Source: Nanobdellati archaeon (lineage in GTDB: Archaea > EX4484-52 > JAADEF01). Taken from it: DNA of 32,889 bases. Below the pieces are notes generated by a model that worked only from the letters and a program-made list of their open reading frames with translations, did not search any database and was not told the origin of the DNA. The DNA lies in assembly GCA_015520895.1 (NCBI GenBank), contig WAPH01000016.1, positions 1 to 32,889 of the forward strand, in the 5' to 3' direction. A program made the position numbers and the translations under genes. Positions 17,238 to 26,632 of the stretch are shown here, piece by piece. Position 1 is the stretch's first letter; each line of letters begins with the position of its first letter.

Positions 17238-19793
17238 ATGAAGATCATAATTAAAAAAGGTAATATGAAAGAATACTTTGATAAATACGGGATTCCTGTG
17301 GTTTTAATTCTTATATTTATTTTTTCATTTTACATGAGAATGCTACCTAATTTAGGGGATTATCTACAAGCCATTGATCCTTATTATATTTATAGAACTA
17401 CTAATGATTTAGTTAATAATAATTTTGAATTAAAAGACATCGATTATATGAGGTATTATCCTACAGGTTTTAGTCCTAAAAAAGAGCTTTATGTTATTTA
17501 TTATCTTTATGGCTTAATTTATGTAATCTTTTTTAAATGGTGGGGCTTTTCTTTTTTGAAGTATGCACAGATTATTCCTGCTTTATTAGGAGCATCTTAT
17601 GTGTTCATAATGTATTTTATTGGTAAAGAATTAAAAGATAAACTTACGGGTGTTTTTGCATCTTTAAATATAGCTGTTCTTAACATTTTATATTACAGAT
17701 CATCAGCAGGATTCTTTGAAAAAGAACCTATCTCTGGTTTGTTTATGCTCTTAAGCTTTCTTTTCTTTATTAAGATGTGGAAATCCAAATCAATTATAGA
17801 TGGGGTTTTATCAGGTATATTTACAGCATTTGCTTATGGAGTATGGGGTGGTGCTGTAGCTTTATTTTACCTTTATCCTTTAATAGGGTTAGCATTAACT
17901 TTCCTTGGAAAAATGGATTGGGACTCTACTAAGGCATATGCTATTACTTTACTCACATCTGTTATTTTCTTCAATTTAATGTACCCTCGTTATCTTTTTT
18001 TAAAAAATACCGTTTTGATGCTTTCTTTTATAACCGCTATTATAATATTAGGAATAGAATATTATAATCTTTATAACCCTCCGGAAAATAAATTTCGTAG
18101 AAACGCATCTATTCTTATTTCTTCATTTTTTATATTCCTTTTATCTTCCTTTTTCATTCCGTTTACTGCAAAGATTCTTTCTTCTCTTTCTCACATTATA
18201 GTTTATAGAAAAGCTGTTATGGAAAGTACTGTTGCAGAAAACATTCCTGCTAATTTGGGTTACTTTTTATCCTCGTATGGTTCTCCCGAAAATCAATTAT
18301 CTTCTAACCTTCTTAATTTAAAGAACTATTTTATTCAACACAATAATTATTTTGTGGCGTCTTTAATTTCTTTTCTTATTTTTATTTTAAATATTGTGGG
18401 TATTTTAGTTTCTCCTTATTTATGGATCATTATTGGTTCGGGCTTAATTCTTTATCTATCTTTAAAGTCTAATTCTAATAGAATTATTAATGTTATAGCT
18501 CTAATATCATTTGTTTTAATGATACTCTCTTATGGTTTCTTTTTACATTCTTCTGGATCTAATACTTCCGCAAATATATTGTACGTATTGTCTGCTGCTT
18601 TAATTATACTTTTTGTGCTCTATAACAAACCGAAGGAAGGAATGGTTTTAGTATTTGCAACTGCAACCTTTTTAATGTTTGTGACTAAAGTGAGAATAGG
18701 ATATGTTACAGGTTTTTGGAGTTCCTTGTTGATAGGATATGCTCTCACTTATCTTATAACTGATATGCTGAAAATTTCTTTGAGATCGCTTAAAAACTTG
18801 GATTGGATAAAAATTTCCGCTTTAACTTTTATAGGTCTTTTCTTTATATTTAACACTTACTCTCTGTATGCGCTCGCTAAAACAGTGGGTACTGGAAATT
18901 TAAATCCTGCATGGGAAGAAGCTTTTCATTTTATGAGGAGTTCTTTACCGAAAAATGCAACAATATTATCGTGGTGGGATTTTGGTTATTGGTTCCAAAC
19001 GTTGGGAGAAAGAAGAACCCTGCTTGACGGCGGTAATCAAATAGGTGTAAGGAATATATATGCTGCTCGATATTTTACTTCTCGATACAATGAAACAGAA
19101 GAGTTGCTTTATTTGGCTGTTGCCAGACCAACTCATATCTTATTGGATTATACAATGATAGGTAAATATGCTGCTATGTCAAAGATAGCTAATAACGGTA
19201 AGTGGATAGATAGCTATGCGGAAATGAGATTTAGAGATGTAAAGTATAATCAAGTTATTTATAATGTTTATGGTGGCTATTACACTGTTTATGTGCCTAT
19301 AACTAAAAACGGTACTTTAGACTTTAACCGCAATATTAAATTAGCATTTTATCGTAATCCTCAACAAATGATGTATATAAGGTATTTGTGTACTCCAGAA
19401 GGTGTCCTTGATATTTTTGATTATACTAATATTACTCCTGAGAAAGTTAGTTTTATTGATGAATGTATTTACATTTTACCCGTAGATTATCGGTTGGGAT
19501 ATATGACTATGAAAGATCCTCGGAGCAATTATCCTCGAGAAATTTATAATTCTAACTTCCATAAATTGTATATAGAGAATGGTAAAAGAATACCTTATGT
19601 TAAAAAAGTTTTTGATAATTTTTATGTTAAGATATATAAAGTTAATTATACTTATATTCGTGATCGATTAAACGAATTAGGTATTTCTCAAGATTATATA
19701 AATAAATCATTTGAAAAATGTATTTTAACACCTCATGGACAAAAAGATATTAATGAATGCCCTTTATATTACAAACCTGAAGAAAGAAGGTGA
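17238..19793 (+). CDS. aglB: oligosaccharyltransferase AglB (STT3)
   Basis: IDPYY, RSSAGFFEKE, TVAEN, SWWDFGYW, multi-TM N-terminus, GKYAAM (DK-motif region). Confidence 0.95.
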   Translation: MKIIIKKGNMKEYFDKYGIPVVLILIFIFSFYMRMLPNLGDYLQAIDPYYIYRTTNDLVNNNFELKDIDYMRYYPTGFSPKKELYVIYYLYGLIYVIFFKWWGFSFLKYAQIIPALLGASYVFIMYFIGKELKDKLTGVFASLNIAVLNILYYRSSAGFFEKEPISGLFMLLSFLFFIKMWKSKSIIDGVLSGIFTAFAYGVWGGAVALFYLYPLIGLALTFLGKMDWDSTKAYAITLLTSVIFFNLMYPRYLFLKNTVLMLSFITAIIILGIEYYNLYNPPENKFRRNASILISSFFIFLLSSFFIPFTAKILSSLSHIIVYRKAVMESTVAENIPANLGYFLSSYGSPENQLSSNLLNLKNYFIQHNNYFVASLISFLIFILNIVGILVSPYLWIIIGSGLILYLSLKSNSNRIINVIALISFVLMILSYGFFLHSSGSNTSANILYVLSAALIILFVLYNKPKEGMVLVFATATFLMFVTKVRIGYVTGFWSSLLIGYALTYLITDMLKISLRSLKNLDWIKISALTFIGLFFIFNTYSLYALAKTVGTGNLNPAWEEAFHFMRSSLPKNATILSWWDFGYWFQTLGERRTLLDGGNQIGVRNIYAARYFTSRYNETEELLYLAVARPTHILLDYTMIGKYAAMSKIANNGKWIDSYAEMRFRDVKYNQVIYNVYGGYYTVYVPITKNGTLDFNRNIKLAFYRNPQQMMYIRYLCTPEGVLDIFDYTNITPEKVSFIDECIYILPVDYRLGYMTMKDPRSNYPREIYNSNFHKLYIENGKRIPYVKKVFDNFYVKIYKVNYTYIRDRLNELGISQDYINKSFEKCILTPHGQKDINECPLYYKPEERR

Positions 19794-19798
19794 TCAGG

Positions 19799-20800
19799 AT
19801 GATTTTTTATTTTTTAGCTTCCTTTTTTGGTTTATTATTATCTTTTATTGTAACTTTACTTATGCTTAAAAAAATAATTCCGTTTTTTTACAATATTGGG
19901 TTACATGGAAAAGACATGAACAAACCTTGTTATTCGGCGGTTCCGGATGGAGGAGGTCTCATAGTCATATTAGGTTTCTTAATATCTGCTTATATTACTT
20001 TAATCGTTTCTTATTTTTTTGACATCACTTTTTCTTTTAATTTTATACACTCCACTTTTCTTTCACTTTTATTATTAAGTTTATTAGGCTTCTTAGAAGA
20101 TCTTACTAATCTAATAAGGAGCAAGAATCGTAAAAAAATAGGTTTTAAGCAAATATATAAGCTGTTTATACCTATCCCTGCTTCTTTACCTGTTGTTTTA
20201 GCCGTCCTTTCAAGAGATTACATCACATTGCCTTTTTTAGGGCCTTTGCATGTAGGTTATGTATATCCTTTAATTTTAGTACCGATAGGCATAATAGGAG
20301 CAAGTAATGCAACTAATCTTTTAGGGGGTTTGAATGGATTGGAAGGATTACTTTCTTTAATCTCTTTTTCTGCTATTGCTATCTATTCCTTGCACATAAA
20401 TAATTATTTTATTTTATTTATATCTTTATGTTTAATAGGCAGCATTATGGCGTTTCTTTTTTATAACTGGTATCCTGCTAAAGTATTCCCGGGAGATAGC
20501 TTTACTTATTTTGTAGGAGGTTCTATAGCTGTTCTTAGCATACTAGGTGATTTTGAAAGATTTGCTATATTTCTTATGCTTTTATGGTTTATCGAATTTG
20601 TATTGAAAATAAGAAGCAAGTTTAAAGCAGAGTGCTTTGGGAAACCATTATCTGATGGTGCTCTTCAAAGACCCTATGATTCTATTTACTCTTTAACCCA
20701 TATTTTTATGAACGGTAAAAGAGGCGAGAAGCAGATAGTTTTATTGCTTGCACTTTTACAACTTTTTATAAGCGTGGTGGCGTTAATAATTTATTGGTAA
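19799..20800 (+). CDS. aglH: UDP-GlcNAc:dolichyl-phosphate GlcNAc-1-P transferase (AglH/GPT, MraY family)
   Basis: GKDMNKP, VPDGGG, GFLED, SNATNLLGGLNGLE, NWYPAKVFPGDS motifs; SD AGGTGA before ATG 19799. Confidence 0.88.
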   Translation: MIFYFLASFFGLLLSFIVTLLMLKKIIPFFYNIGLHGKDMNKPCYSAVPDGGGLIVILGFLISAYITLIVSYFFDITFSFNFIHSTFLSLLLLSLLGFLEDLTNLIRSKNRKKIGFKQIYKLFIPIPASLPVVLAVLSRDYITLPFLGPLHVGYVYPLILVPIGIIGASNATNLLGGLNGLEGLLSLISFSAIAIYSLHINNYFILFISLCLIGSIMAFLFYNWYPAKVFPGDSFTYFVGGSIAVLSILGDFERFAIFLMLLWFIEFVLKIRSKFKAECFGKPLSDGALQRPYDSIYSLTHIFMNGKRGEKQIVLLLALLQLFISVVALIIYW

Positions 20801-20846
20801 AATATATAAACAACTTCTTCCTTTAATATCTTTAGGAGGGGTGTTT

Positions 20847-21974
20847 ATGAAAAAACAATGGTTAATATTAGCCTTAATATTTATAGGATTAATAGGTGCA
20901 AGTTATGCAGAGGACGTAACTAATGCTTTGACATGTGAAATAGAAAAAACATCTTCTCCGCCCTCTAATTATCAACCTTTGCTATACGTATTGGCAGGAG
21001 ATGCTTCAACTTATGATTCTTCAAGCGATTTAGTATTTAATGCTCATGTCTCTAATTATTCATCTACTATCTCTCCCATGCCTCAGTTTGCTTTATATTG
21101 TTCAGCAGATAGTTATGGTAAAATTGGTGGAATGGTTGTTGGTCCTCCTGGATGTTCTAAATACTCTTCTTTAGGATTTATGGCTCTTATTAATTTAAGC
21201 GATGCCGAAAATGCACATTTAAAACTTAAAGATGGTTCGTCTTTAACAGGAGACTATAATTATCAATTATGTATTTATCCTTATGATACTGTGGGAAGCT
21301 ACATTACTTGTAAATATGAATATGGTAAAGAATGTGACACCGGCTATACTTGTTTATTTAAATTAACCGGGGTTTATAGCTCTTCCGCTACCTCTTTTGC
21401 TGGTACTAATGCTCACCTTTACGAATGCGGTTATGATTTAGGTAGTACTCCTTATTATACGGTTTGCTGTCAGTATCATGTAGGTCTTTCTAATGATGTT
21501 ATTACCGATGTTTCTTCTCCTGTTGCAGGAAGCATATCTGCTACTTCCACAGAAAAAAACATTTATGTTTTGTTAGGTTTAACCGATAACTTTATTGTAA
21601 ATCTTTATAATCCTTCTGATACACCAAAGGTGATTGACCTTTATCTTGAAACAAATAATAATTTATTTAAATACTTTTTATGGTTTGAAGACGAGAGTAA
21701 AAGATATTCTGAAGATCCGACTCACATACAATTAACCATCCCTCCTAAACAAAGTAAAAGTGTGACTGTTAATGTTTTTGGAGGAAAGGTAGGTATTTAC
21801 GATTTGGTTATTAAGAAAGTTGTTGATGGAGATCCTGCAAGTGAAAATGTAATTTATAATTCTACAGTAACTGTTATTCCAGGTAAAACTCCAGGAACTG
21901 TTGGTAAGTCTCCAGAAGGTTCTTATATTTTACTTTTAACTATTTTGAGTATGGTTGCTTTGTTAATAAAATAA
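20847..21974 (+). CDS. secreted Cys-rich surface protein with C-terminal membrane anchor
   Basis: Signal peptide MKKQWLILALIFIGLIGASYA, three NAH[V/L] repeats, C-terminal TM segment; SD AGGAGG. Confidence 0.85.
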   Translation: MKKQWLILALIFIGLIGASYAEDVTNALTCEIEKTSSPPSNYQPLLYVLAGDASTYDSSSDLVFNAHVSNYSSTISPMPQFALYCSADSYGKIGGMVVGPPGCSKYSSLGFMALINLSDAENAHLKLKDGSSLTGDYNYQLCIYPYDTVGSYITCKYEYGKECDTGYTCLFKLTGVYSSSATSFAGTNAHLYECGYDLGSTPYYTVCCQYHVGLSNDVITDVSSPVAGSISATSTEKNIYVLLGLTDNFIVNLYNPSDTPKVIDLYLETNNNLFKYFLWFEDESKRYSEDPTHIQLTIPPKQSKSVTVNVFGGKVGIYDLVIKKVVDGDPASENVIYNSTVTVIPGKTPGTVGKSPEGSYILLLTILSMVALLIK

Positions 21975-22259
21975 TTTTTTCTTTATCTCTTCATTTATTT
22001 TTTCAGGAGTCCAAGGAGGATCAAATACTAAATTAATTGTTATGCTTTTAATACCTTTTATAGTAGAGAGTTTTTGCCTTATTTCGTCTAATATATAATC
22101 TCCTAAAGGGCATGTAGGGGTTGTTAAAGTCATTGTTATTGTAACTTCTCCTTCTTTCTCTATTTTTATATCATATATAAGTCCAAGATCTACAATATTT
22201 ATTCCTAATTCTGGATCTATTATTTCCTTTAATTTCTTTTTTATCTCCTCTTTTAACAT
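21963..22259 (-). CDS. sufT: DUF59/SufT (MIP18/PaaD-like) Fe-S assembly factor
   Basis: DPELGINIVDLGLIY, TLTTPTCP, FDPPWT motifs; ATG 22259 preferred. Confidence 0.92.
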   Translation of the reverse strand: MLKEEIKKKLKEIIDPELGINIVDLGLIYDIKIEKEGEVTITMTLTTPTCPLGDYILDEIRQKLSTIKGIKSITINLVFDPPWTPEKINEEIKKKLFY

Positions 22260-22263
22260 ATTA

Positions 22264-22836
22264 TCACTCAAAATAAGAAAGATAATCTTTTAAAAGCAAA
22301 TTTTGAACATCATTTACCTCCATACCTTTGAGAGCAAAATATTCCTTTTCTTTTTCATTTATGTCAGATATAGTGCTTTCATGAGTGGCTGCTTTTATTT
22401 GATTAGTCTTTAAATTTAATTGTGGTGTAGCTTTTGCTCGTGCTTGGATACTATAGAGGTATATTTGCTGCCTTAAATGTATCTCTTCAATTTTTTCATT
22501 TACATTTGCTATTTCTTTTAACTCTAATTTACTTGTATTTAAAAGAAAAGCATTGGTATTGATTATAGCCATAGAATCTTTTTTCATTTCATAGGTGCTT
22601 CTCAATTTTATATGAGATCTTTTTTTGCCTACTATTACTCTGAATATACGTATCTTTTTACCTTTGATAAAGAATTGCTCTTTAATATTGTGATTTTCTT
22701 GTAAATTGTAAAGTATTCTTATATCTAAATTCTTTCCTTCTATGTTCATTTCTTTTATGGGTTTTTTTATTACGATTATTGCATTTTTTTCATCTATTTT
22801 TATTTTTTCCCATTTATTTATAAACAATTTTTTCAT
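22264..22836 (-). CDS. sufD: short SufD-like beta-helix protein
   Basis: AKATPQLNL...AATHESTI...YFALKG resembles the SufB/D C-terminus; position in the suf operon. Confidence 0.75.
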   Translation of the reverse strand: MKKLFINKWEKIKIDEKNAIIVIKKPIKEMNIEGKNLDIRILYNLQENHNIKEQFFIKGKKIRIFRVIVGKKRSHIKLRSTYEMKKDSMAIINTNAFLLNTSKLELKEIANVNEKIEEIHLRQQIYLYSIQARAKATPQLNLKTNQIKAATHESTISDINEKEKEYFALKGMEVNDVQNLLLKDYLSYFE

Positions 22837-24149
22837 CCTATCCCTCTTTCTATCTCTAATTCTAAGAGTTTTTTAAACTCTACTGCAATATCTAAAGGAA
22901 TCTGAGCTAATTCCTCTTCCACATAACCAACACTTATTATTTTTAAAGCATCTTGAATATTTATACCTTTTGTAAAAAAATATTCTTTTATTTCGTCATT
23001 AAAAAAACTAGTTCTTGCTTCATGTGCAATCTCAGATTCTTTATTGTTATTTATTAGCTCTGGAATGGTTATGACTTCTCCTTTATCTAATAACAAGGTA
23101 TCGCAATCGCTTACACCTATACATTTTTTTCCACTTGCTTTTAATGTATTATTAAAAACATTAATTGCATCTTTATATACTATGCTTTTAGATGAAACAT
23201 ATGCATGAGATTTTTTTCCTTTTAATATAATATTGCTTCCACTTATATGAATTTGATTTTCTTTTGTACTGGAAATACTTTTCATTAATATTTTCGCTTT
23301 TTCACCTTTAACTATTATGTTTGGTTTTTTTATGCTTTTTTTGGATCCTATGTTTATATCTATCCACTCTACTCTGGCTTTTTTTTCTACTCTTAAATAT
23401 TTATAAGGTGTATTTACAATGTTTCTACTCCAATTTTGTAATGTAACAAATTTTCCTTTTACTTTTTTATTTATTAAAGCTTCCATTGCTCCTAAATGAA
23501 AAGAATATTTGCGATAAAGAGGAGCAGCGCAACCTTCTATATAATAAAATTCTGAATTTTTTTCTAAGACCATCACTGTTCTTTCAAATTGACCTATATT
23601 TTCATGTTTCATGGTGAAATAAGCATAAAATGGTAAAGATATTTTAAGATCTTGAGGTATGTAAATAAAAAGGCCCCCGCTCATTAGAGCTAGATTTAAA
23701 GCGTTTCTCGGATTTCTTAAATCACCTATTTTACCTAAATATTTTTTAACCAATTTTTTATGTTCTTTTGAGGCAACTTCTAAAGGCAAGATTATTGCTC
23801 CTTTTTCTAAAAATTCTTTTTTTATGTTGTAATGAAGTAAAGAAGAATCTTTTTGAATGCTCGTTCCTGCAAAAAAGCTCTTTTCAATTTCATTAATGTT
23901 AAGATAGTCATAAATTTCTTCTATTTCTTTTGGTATTTTTTTTATTTTTGCTTTTGATGGTTCAGGAACGAATACTTTGAAATCATTAAAATTTATGTCA
24001 TTCTCAATACTTTTTAATACTTTATCATTTTCTTTGTTTTTTAAGAATAGTTTTATCGCTTTTAATCTTAATTTTCTTAACCATTTTTCTTCTCCTTGCC
24101 TTTCGGATATGGTTTCAATAATATTTTCAAAATCAATCTTCTCCCACAT
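22833..24149 (-). CDS. sufB: Fe-S cluster scaffold SufB
   Basis: SGGLFIYIP, GQFERT, YIEGCAAP, TLQNWS, CDTLL, IAHEA motifs. Confidence 0.92.
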   Translation of the reverse strand: MWEKIDFENIIETISERQGEEKWLRKLRLKAIKLFLKNKENDKVLKSIENDINFNDFKVFVPEPSKAKIKKIPKEIEEIYDYLNINEIEKSFFAGTSIQKDSSLLHYNIKKEFLEKGAIILPLEVASKEHKKLVKKYLGKIGDLRNPRNALNLALMSGGLFIYIPQDLKISLPFYAYFTMKHENIGQFERTVMVLEKNSEFYYIEGCAAPLYRKYSFHLGAMEALINKKVKGKFVTLQNWSRNIVNTPYKYLRVEKKARVEWIDINIGSKKSIKKPNIIVKGEKAKILMKSISSTKENQIHISGSNIILKGKKSHAYVSSKSIVYKDAINVFNNTLKASGKKCIGVSDCDTLLLDKGEVITIPELINNNKESEIAHEARTSFFNDEIKEYFFTKGINIQDALKIISVGYVEEELAQIPLDIAVEFKKLLELEIERGIG

Positions 24150-24786
24150 AATCCTTTATAACCTCCATATTTCCTTCTTTTAATATTTTTCCGTTTTCCA
24201 TTATGGCTACCTTTTTCCCTACCATCTTAGCAAAATTTACATCATGCGTTATTACTAACGCAGTATGTTGCTTTAATAACTCCGCTAATATTTTTTTACT
24301 TTTAATGTCTAACCCAGCATCTACTTCATCTAATATCATTATTTTTGGTTTTAAGAGCAAAGTACTTATTACTTCTATTTTTTTTCTTTCTCCTCCTGAG
24401 AGTTCTTTAGAATCTAATTTTTTATTCAATATTGTAGGAGGAAGATGAAACATTTTAAGATAATTGCTGATCAAGTTATCGTCGGTGGTTATTGCGTAAA
24501 ACAAACGTTTTACAGTTAAATGAGGTATCTCTGGCGGGTTTTGTAATACATAAGTAATACCTTGTTTTACACGTTCATGAGGTTTAAATTTATCAATTTT
24601 TTTATTTTCTAAATATATGTTTCCCTCGTAATCTATGAGCCCTGCAATTGCTCGGGCCAAAGTGGTTTTGCCAGCACCATTCTTACCCAATAAAACTTTT
24701 GTTTCTTCTTTATTAACCTCTAAATTTACTCCTTTAACAATATCCTTTACTTTTACATTTTCTAATTTAAGAACCACAAGAACCAT
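24133..24786 (-). CDS. sufC: Fe-S assembly ABC ATPase SufC
   Basis: GKNGAGKT, QNPPEIP, LSGGERKK, LDEVDAGLD, ITH motifs; directly upstream of sufB. Confidence 0.9.
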   Translation of the reverse strand: MVLVVLKLENVKVKDIVKGVNLEVNKEETKVLLGKNGAGKTTLARAIAGLIDYEGNIYLENKKIDKFKPHERVKQGITYVLQNPPEIPHLTVKRLFYAITTDDNLISNYLKMFHLPPTILNKKLDSKELSGGERKKIEVISTLLLKPKIMILDEVDAGLDIKSKKILAELLKQHTALVITHDVNFAKMVGKKVAIMENGKILKEGNMEVIKDYVGED

Positions 24787-24866
24787 ATCTAATATAACAG
24801 TGTTATATTTTTTAAAGTTTTGTTAAAATTTTTAAAAAATTAGTAGTTTCCTTAATATTTATTGAG

Positions 24867-24987
24867 GGGGCGGTAGCTCAGCCTGGGAGAGCGCCAGACT
24901 GAAGATACCTGTATCGGTAGGCGCAACAAATAAAGAGAGCGCTTATCAGATATCTGGTTGTCGCGCGTTCGAATCGCGCCCGCCCCA
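24867..24987 (+). tRNA. tRNA-Phe(GAA) with a 47-nt intron at 37/38 (24905-24951); CCA not encoded
   Basis: Acceptor GGGGCGG/CCGCCCC-A, D arm GCTC/GAGC, anticodon stem CCAGA/TCTGG with CT-GAA-G, T arm GCGCG-TTCGAAT-CGCGC; BHB central helix CTGA/TCAG with AGA and ATA bulges. Confidence 0.95.
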
Positions 24988-25010
24988 TAAAATAATGGTT
25001 AGGTGATTTG

Positions 25011-25445
25011 ATGGGTGTTGTGAGTTCTAACTTTTATGAAATTTCTGTGAAAAAGAAAAAACCTATGACTGGCAGGGTAAACGTAGAGAATAAGCCTAAA
25101 ATAACAGATGTTAAGGCAACTAAGATCGTGGCAAGTTTTGCAGGAGATGCAAAAGTTCCCGGGATTATAGTAGATTTTGAGTATCTTACTGAATACAAGC
25201 AAGATAAAGATGTTTTAGCTGAGATTCTTTTGAAAGGAAGTATTCTTTATGCAGTGAAGGATGAAAAGGAAGCTGAAAAGTTAGAGAAACACTTTAAAGA
25301 AAATAAAAAGTTAGATGAAGATGTGGAAATAGTTGTTCTTAATCATATTCTAAATAAAGGTACTCTATTGGCTTTGGATTTATCACAAAAGGTAGAGTTG
25401 CCACCAGTAATAAATATGCCTCGGATAGTAAGGAGGGGTAAATAA
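25011..25445 (+). CDS. conserved archaeal hypothetical protein (possibly SecB-like fold)
   Basis: SD AGGTGA before ATG 25011; beta-rich N-terminus and C-terminal LPPVINMP. Confidence 0.8.
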   Translation: MGVVSSNFYEISVKKKKPMTGRVNVENKPKITDVKATKIVASFAGDAKVPGIIVDFEYLTEYKQDKDVLAEILLKGSILYAVKDEKEAEKLEKHFKENKKLDEDVEIVVLNHILNKGTLLALDLSQKVELPPVINMPRIVRRGK

Positions 25446-26632
25446 TGCAGACCTTACTTTTCGGAGACAATTTTTGGAGTATGCTTTTATTTATTTTATT
25501 CTTTTTCCTATATCCTCGCATTTATATGATGCAGATAATTTGGAAGTTGGAAAGTGATTTAAAGGAACTAGAATATTATTACCTCTCAGCTAAAAGGTTG
25601 TTCTTGAAAAATGTTAAATTGAAAAAGGCAAAATATAAGCAAGCTGTAAATAATTTTCTAGAATTTGTTATTGCTTTCCCTGTGGATATAGAACCTACTA
25701 ATTTGGTGAGAAAGATAGAGCATATATTGAACAGATATGAGAATAGGTTTACTTATTTTATTGATAGAGTGAGTGGCTTAAGAGACGAAGAAGAAAAAAA
25801 GAATGCAAAGTATGCTTTAATAAGCGCTACTGGATTATACCAACTCTATAAGATATTGAGGCATTATATTATTACTATTAAAAAAACGAATAATTTACAA
25901 TTGGCTTTGATTTTGCAGATGACTATGCCTATGATTACAAAGATAGCCAAAGCAAATATGAGAGCTACCGAAGCATTTGCTAAGGGCATACCTATAGGAG
26001 ACGGAATTGGACCTATGGTAGCTGCAAAACTTAAAACAAAAGAAGGTAAGGAGATTGCTAAAGAAGTAGTTATAAGTAAAGAGAAGTTTGCTGACAGAGA
26101 TGTATATGTTATGAAAGCCATGGGCCCTGGTGCTGCATTAGGCAAGTTAGGTGATGCTGTTGAAAAAGCCGTTAAGACGTATAAAATTAACCACATCATT
26201 ACAGTAGATGCTGCTGCTAAACTTGAAGGTGAAAAAACAGGTAGTGTGGCTCAAGGAGTTGGGGTTATGATGGGGGGTATAGGAGTAGAGAGACATAAGA
26301 TAGAGGAACTAGCTATAAAATATGATATTCCTTTAGATGGTGTTATTATTAAAATGTCGCCTGAGGAGGCAAGCATTCATATGAAACCAGAAATATATAA
26401 AGCAGCTGACAAGGCCATTAAAGAATTACGATCTTTAATGGACTTAATACCAAAGAATGAGAAAGTATTAATTATAGGTGTGGGAAATACTTGTGGCGTA
26501 GGTAATAAAGTTAAGGATCTGAGCAAAACAGAAGATGTGTTAAAAAAGACGTGGAGAAGATTGAAAAAAGACAAAGAATGGGAAGATTATTTTGAAAAGG
26601 ACTCTTCAAAGAAAAAGAGATGGAGATTATGA
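25445..26632 (+). CDS. DUF1512 family protein
   Basis: N-terminal TM segment, PVDIEP, PIGDGIGP, ITVDAAAKLEGEKTG, GVGNT motifs. Confidence 0.88.
   Translation: MQTLLFGDNFWSMLLFILFFFLYPRIYMMQIIWKLESDLKELEYYYLSAKRLFLKNVKLKKAKYKQAVNNFLEFVIAFPVDIEPTNLVRKIEHILNRYENRFTYFIDRVSGLRDEEEKKNAKYALISATGLYQLYKILRHYIITIKKTNNLQLALILQMTMPMITKIAKANMRATEAFAKGIPIGDGIGPMVAAKLKTKEGKEIAKEVVISKEKFADRDVYVMKAMGPGAALGKLGDAVEKAVKTYKINHIITVDAAAKLEGEKTGSVAQGVGVMMGGIGVERHKIEELAIKYDIPLDGVIIKMSPEEASIHMKPEIYKAADKAIKELRSLMDLIPKNEKVLIIGVGNTCGVGNKVKDLSKTEDVLKKTWRRLKKDKEWEDYFEKDSSKKKRWRL

Noticed and set aside
24829..24867. Leaderless, RNase P-independent tRNA with an extra G-1 as in N. equitans
   Set aside because: TTTAAA begins 36 nt before G1 versus about 29 nt for the putative leaderless cdc6, implying a short leader; not supportable
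24905..24951. tRNA intron as a C/D guide RNA, or a split tRNA
   Set aside because: No C or D boxes in the intron; both halves are contiguous with no internal promoter
21963..24987. suf operon as a tRNA-integrated mobile element
   Set aside because: No integrase, no duplicated tRNA end seen, and the operon lies 5' of the tRNA
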